From the IMG/VR virus record IMGVR_UViG_2778261172_000008: 10,600 nucleotides of DNA, one strand, 5' to 3'. The notes under the pieces were generated by a model, which had not been told where the DNA came from, did no database searches, and worked only from the letters and a program-made list of their open reading frames with translations. Below, piece after piece: positions 6,793-10,600 of the stretch (position 1 is its first letter; every line of letters begins with the position of its first letter). The stretch comes from a virus (lineage: Duplodnaviria > Heunggongvirae > Uroviricota > Caudoviricetes). The position numbers and the translations under genes were made by a program.

Positions 6793-7365
6793 ATGGAAAG
6801 CACAGCCTTACAGCAGGCCTTTGACACCTGTCAGAATAACAAAGCAGCATGGCTGCAACGCAAAAATGAGCTGGCTGCGGCCGAACAGGAATATCTGCGG
6901 CTTCTGTCCGGGGAAGGCAGAAACGTCAGTCGCCTGGACGAATTACGCAATATTATCGAAGTCAGAAAATGGCAGGTGAATCAGGCTGCCGGTCGTTATA
7001 TTCGTTCGCATGAAGCCGTTCAGCACATCAGCATCCGCGACCGGCTGAATGATTTTATGCAGCAGCACGGCACAGCACTGGCGGCCGCACTGGCACCGGA
7101 GCTGATGGGCTACAGTGAGCTGACGGCCATTGCCCGAAACTGTGCCATACAGCGTGCCACAGATGCCCTGCGTGAAGCCCTTCTGTCCTGGCTTGCGAAG
7201 GGGGAAAAAATTAATTATTCCGCACAGGATAGCGACATTTTAACGACCATCGGATTCAGGCCTGACGCGGCTTCGGTGGATGACAGCCGTGAAAAATTCA
7301 CTCCTGCGCAGAACATGATTTTTTCGCGTAAAAGTGCGCAACTGGCATCACATCAGTCTGTGTAA
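6793..7365 (+). CDS. psu: Psu, polarity suppression protein (Rho antagonist / capsid decoration)
   Basis: 190 aa, the length of P4 Psu. Last gene of the sid-delta-psu operon, immediately upstream of cos. Confidence 0.88.
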   Translation: MESTALQQAFDTCQNNKAAWLQRKNELAAAEQEYLRLLSGEGRNVSRLDELRNIIEVRKWQVNQAAGRYIRSHEAVQHISIRDRLNDFMQQHGTALAAALAPELMGYSELTAIARNCAIQRATDALREALLSWLAKGEKINYSAQDSDILTTIGFRPDAASVDDSREKFTPAQNMIFSRKSAQLASHQSV

Positions 7366-7400
7366 AACCCCCCGAAAATCCGCCCGTTTTTACTGAAAAA

Positions 7401-7430
7401 AGCCATGCATCGATAAGGTGCATGGCTTTG
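7401..7430 (+). terminator. Candidate terminator at the end of the late operon
   Basis: 9-bp stem AGCCATGCA (7401-7409) / TGCATGGCT (7419-7427) with a 9-nt loop, followed by TTTG; 36 bp after the psu stop. The T-run is short, so this is moderate. Confidence 0.5.
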
Positions 7431-7529
7431 CATGCGTTTTCCTGCCTCATTTTCTGCAAACCGCGCCATTCCCGGCGCGGCCTGAGCGTGTCAGTGCAAC
7501 TGCATTAAAACCGCCCCGCAAAGCGGGCG

Positions 7530-7548
7530 GGCGAGGCGGGGAAAGCAC
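7530..7548. other. cos site (19-nt cohesive end of P2/P4 type)
   Basis: Exact occurrence of GGCGAGGCGGGGAAAGCAC, which I recall as the P2/P4 cohesive-end sequence, flanked by a GC-rich imperfect dyad (7511-7530). Positioned after psu as in P4. Confidence 0.8.
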
Positions 7549-7682
7549 TGCGCGCAGACCTTGTTACATACTTAATAAAGTTCACAAATACTTAATACCA
7601 TCACGCTCATGTGCAAAACTGTTTATTAAAATGAATACTGCCCTATACATCTAAAGTGTCGTTACCATAATAAAAGAAGATT

Positions 7683-7707
7683 ATAAAAAGCCGCCATAAT
7701 GCGGCTT
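7683..7707 (-). terminator. Rho-independent terminator of the hotspot cargo gene
   Basis: Minus strand: 7-bp stem AAGCCGC / GCGGCUU (7688-7694 / 7701-7707), 6-nt loop, then UUUAU; 24 bp after the cargo gene stop at 7731-7733. Confidence 0.7.
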
Positions 7708-7730
7708 AAATCATACTCATTCCTAATAAG

Positions 7731-9194
7731 TTATTTGACATTCGATGCAGAAACCTTATTAGGCCTAGCATCAATCAAGACTAAATCCTTACCTTCTTTA
7801 ATCCCAAGTTCTTTGAAAGTCTTAAACAATCCAGACAATTCTCGATCAGTAAAATACAAAATAACCTTTATTGATTTTTTTGTTTCATTTGCCGCCTCAT
7901 ACACTTTAACCTGATTTGCCAGGTTCTGTTTAAGCTTGGAGTTACTAGCCAGTTTGAATTCAACCAATGTTTTATCTTTCGAACCTCTCGATATTTTGTA
8001 GTCAACGGGACCACGACCATTATTTACTTCACTATTGACATCAGAAATACTAGCAAACCATGTTAATCTAAACATTAACTGCAAATCAGCTTCACGCTTA
8101 ATTGGGACACCATTCAAATAGAATACTTTATAGCCATCATTATTTTCTATTACCTGTTTAAGATAACAGACTCGCTTATAGGCCTCTTCGAAAGTATCAT
8201 CCTTTGAACTAAAGAACTCCTGATGTTTATTAAAGATTGTATCAACCAAAAGTTGGACAGCTTCAATATACCTTTGCTCAGTTTCGCTAACCTTTGCATT
8301 ACTATCACGTTTAGCACCCCCAGAGTTTTGTTCTTTATAACGAATATAATAATCAATAAAACTCGGGTAATTCTTAATTGTCAAATCAGCAGCGGACTCT
8401 CGTTCCTTTTTCTTTGGAGAGTCTGGGAGACATCTATTGAAATAATCAGACAATTGTCCACGCAATTGATCATTAGGGATACTTTCACATATATCTCTAA
8501 AGTCCTCGATCATTTCATTTCTGTTAATCCAAGTTTCATCTTTTGTGAGTATATCTCTCGGAGTTAAAAGAACATAATCTCCAGCATATGTTGGCAACGT
8601 GAATTTTTTACTCATCCAACTTCTGGTTTCGTAATTAAATTCAACTTTTGGTACTAAGTGTTCAGAGAGATATTTACTATCTATATTTTCTTTAGAGAAA
8701 TCTTCAGTATACTTCAGTAAAAACGATTTAATTAAATTAGTGGTAAAATCACTAATACTATCCTTTCCTACCCCCTCCTTAATCAAACACAATTTTTCAA
8801 GATGACTTCCCTCAGTAATTTCCTCTTTACCAAAGTTTTTTAAAATACTTGAAAATGAGGTGGTTAAGGAATTTGCAAAATCAATACCCAATCCACTCCC
8901 ACCGTTCCCAACCATGCTATAACCCAGCCAGTTTTGTTTTACCTCAGGAAATAAAAACCAACTTTTGATTAAACCTCGATTTAATTCTCCATTCTGAGAA
9001 CGATCTCTTAAGAAAGAAACATATTTAATTATCCCCTGATGTAAATCTATATATTTCTCATTATTAAATAACAAAAACGGATCAATAAATAGCGGCAAAT
9101 CATTAATCAGAGAAATATTAAATGCACCATACTCTTTTATTTTTTCAGGAGATACATTAAAAAAATCTGAAAAATATATTCTTAACTTTGGCAT
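7731..9194 (-). CDS. Hotspot cargo protein (487 aa), unknown family; C-terminal PD-(D/E)xK-like nuclease motif; candidate anti-phage defence protein
   Basis: Single uninterrupted ORF with SD AGGAGG 5 nt upstream of the ATG. Composition roughly 25-40% GC in sampled stretches versus about 60% in the P4 core. It occupies the cos-int interval where P4 carries gop/beta/cII. Motifs: PVD (D398) followed 14 residues later by EFK (E412-x-K414) in alternating hydrophobic context; glycine-rich VGNGGSGLG at residues 95-103. No family recognised by eye. Confidence 0.85.
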   Translation of the reverse strand: MPKLRIYFSDFFNVSPEKIKEYGAFNISLINDLPLFIDPFLLFNNEKYIDLHQGIIKYVSFLRDRSQNGELNRGLIKSWFLFPEVKQNWLGYSMVGNGGSGLGIDFANSLTTSFSSILKNFGKEEITEGSHLEKLCLIKEGVGKDSISDFTTNLIKSFLLKYTEDFSKENIDSKYLSEHLVPKVEFNYETRSWMSKKFTLPTYAGDYVLLTPRDILTKDETWINRNEMIEDFRDICESIPNDQLRGQLSDYFNRCLPDSPKKKERESAADLTIKNYPSFIDYYIRYKEQNSGGAKRDSNAKVSETEQRYIEAVQLLVDTIFNKHQEFFSSKDDTFEEAYKRVCYLKQVIENNDGYKVFYLNGVPIKREADLQLMFRLTWFASISDVNSEVNNGRGPVDYKISRGSKDKTLVEFKLASNSKLKQNLANQVKVYEAANETKKSIKVILYFTDRELSGLFKTFKELGIKEGKDLVLIDARPNKVSASNVK

Positions 9195-9343
9195 AAAAAC
9201 CTCCTTTAAATCAAAGCTTAATCCAATAGATCATTAATCTTAACATACCACACTGAATCCTACCTGAGTTACTAACAAAGTTAGATTGATATCTCAGAAA
9301 ACGTGATAGTGTTAACATAAAATATAACAATAGATGTTACCCG

Positions 9344-10600
9344 CTATTCAGACTTAGCATAATCATAAGGTGTGATATATTTTTCTTTATTTGCTCCCAA
9401 GTAGTCAGCCCACCACTGAATCATTAGCCGACGTTCATCTAAATGCTCTGAAGTATGAATATAAGCAGCACGCACATTGTTACGCTCAGCATGACTCAAC
9501 TGACGCTCTATTGCGTCATCACTCCATAATCCTGACTCTCCCAAGGCTCCACGCGCCATTGTTCTAAATCCATGCCCACAAACTTCAGTTTTGGTGTCAT
9601 ATCCCATTGAGCGTAAAGCATTGTTTACCGTATTTTCACTCATAACTTTCGTAGCATCGTGATCCCCAGGAAAAAGAAACTCCTTATCACCACTAATTTG
9701 TGTTAGCTGCCTCAAGAGTTCCATGGCTTGATGACTTAATGGCACAATATGTTCTTCTTTCATTTTCATACCACGGTATGAGTAACGCACTCCTTTAATT
9801 TCTTCACGTTTTGCCGGAATACGCCAAATTGCGTTATCAAAATCAAACTCTCTCCAACGAGCAAAGCGTAATTCACTTGAGCGAACAAATGTTAGTAAAG
9901 AAAGCTGAACCGCAATTTTTGTCATTATACGACCACGATATGCAGCGAGACGTGCCAATAATTCGGGAAAACGATGGGAGGGTAACGCTGGATAGTGTCG
10001 TGTTTTAACTGTCGATAAAGCACCAGCCATATCACTGGCTGGGTTTGAGTCGATATAATCGTTCTGTACGGCATAACGCATAATAGCTGTAACACGCTGC
10101 TGAAGACGCTGCGCGACGTCATGCTTACCACTGGCATCAACTTTTTTAATCGGGGCTAACAGGTGGCTTGTTTTAAGCTGGCGGATATCGGACGATCCGA
10201 TATGAGGGAAGATATAAAGCTCAAGATAGCGAAGAACGCGCGCTCTATGGTCTTCACTCCAGCGCTTGTTACTGGCATGCCATTCACGAGCGATCGTTTC
10301 GAAAGTATATGCCCCCGATTTCTCGGCCTGAGCCGCTTTCTGCTCGGCTTTTGGATCAATACCCTGCACTAATAATCTTTTAGCTTCATCACGTTTTGCC
10401 CTTGCCTGGGCAAGTGTCACAGTAGGCCAAACGCCAAAAGCGAGGCGATCCTCTTTTTTGTCTGAAGGGCGTCTGTATTTCATACGCCAGTATTTAGATC
10501 CCTTGGCCGAAACCTCAAGATACAAACCGCCACCATCGGCCATTTTGTAGGTTTTGTCTTTTGGCTTTGCGGTCTCGACCAGTCTGGCGTTGAGCTTCAT
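9344..10600 (-). CDS. int: P4-type tyrosine integrase (site-specific recombinase)
   Basis: 418 aa. N-terminal arm-binding signature MKLNARLVETAKPKDKTYKMADGGGLYLEVSAKGSKYWRMKY, C-terminal catalytic HGFRTMARG box and a downstream tyrosine region (RAAYIHT). The ATG is the last three bases of the window, so RBS, promoter and attachment site are outside it. Confidence 0.93.
   Translation of the reverse strand: MKLNARLVETAKPKDKTYKMADGGGLYLEVSAKGSKYWRMKYRRPSDKKEDRLAFGVWPTVTLAQARAKRDEAKRLLVQGIDPKAEQKAAQAEKSGAYTFETIAREWHASNKRWSEDHRARVLRYLELYIFPHIGSSDIRQLKTSHLLAPIKKVDASGKHDVAQRLQQRVTAIMRYAVQNDYIDSNPASDMAGALSTVKTRHYPALPSHRFPELLARLAAYRGRIMTKIAVQLSLLTFVRSSELRFARWREFDFDNAIWRIPAKREEIKGVRYSYRGMKMKEEHIVPLSHQAMELLRQLTQISGDKEFLFPGDHDATKVMSENTVNNALRSMGYDTKTEVCGHGFRTMARGALGESGLWSDDAIERQLSHAERNNVRAAYIHTSEHLDERRLMIQWWADYLGANKEKYITPYDYAKSE

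Larger units (their letters stand above)
1..10600. mobile_element. P4-like phage satellite, essentially complete core (crr, alpha, left operon, immunity region, vis, ori, sid-delta-psu, cos, cargo hotspot, int); att sites outside the window
   Basis: Gene order and protein lengths (alpha 777, sid 244, delta 166, psu 190, vis 88 aa) match what I recall for phage P4. TGTTCACC iterons occur in two clusters about 4.9 kb apart, and the 19-nt cos GGCGAGGCGGGGAAAGCAC is present. The integrase ATG sits at the window edge, so attL/attR cannot be seen. Confidence 0.9.

Noticed and set aside
7418-7914. Plus-strand ORFs 7418..7654 (78 aa) and 7699..7914 (71 aa) near cos
   Set aside because: The first runs across the cos site and a terminator; the second is antisense to the 3' end of the cargo gene and crosses its terminator. 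No RBS for either.
8150-8567. Short ORFs inside the cargo gene on both strands (68 aa minus, 114 aa plus)
   Set aside because: Embedded within or antisense to the 487-aa ORF in AT-rich DNA; Ile/Leu/Phe/Asn-rich translations are what AT-rich sequence produces by chance.

Overview
The whole window reads as a near-complete P4-family phage satellite (a helper-dependent, P2-parasitising element); its attachment sites lie outside the window. From low to high coordinates: crr replication enhancer (two ~120-bp direct repeats with TGTTCACC iterons), then the minus-strand left operon (alpha primase-helicase 777 aa, a 106-aa ORF, a 151-aa ORF, a 95-aa GTG-start ORF, a 65-aa first ORF), a CI-RNA-type immunity region with seqA/seqB/seqC complementarity, and vis/AlpA (88 aa). 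Next come the ori iteron cluster, the plus-strand late operon sid (244 aa), delta (166 aa) and psu (190 aa), and an exact P2/P4-type 19-nt cos sequence. Between cos and a P4-type tyrosine integrase sits a strongly AT-rich single-gene cassette (487 aa, minus strand). This occupies the position where P4 itself carries gop/beta/cII, the variable hotspot of P4-like satellites known to hold anti-phage defence systems. I do not recognise this protein as any named family; it carries a C-terminal PD-(D/E)xK-like motif and is the prime candidate for an undescribed defence gene. All calls rest on reading the sequence and the ORF track; no database search was run. Gene identities are inferred from recalled P4 gene order and protein lengths plus visible motifs.
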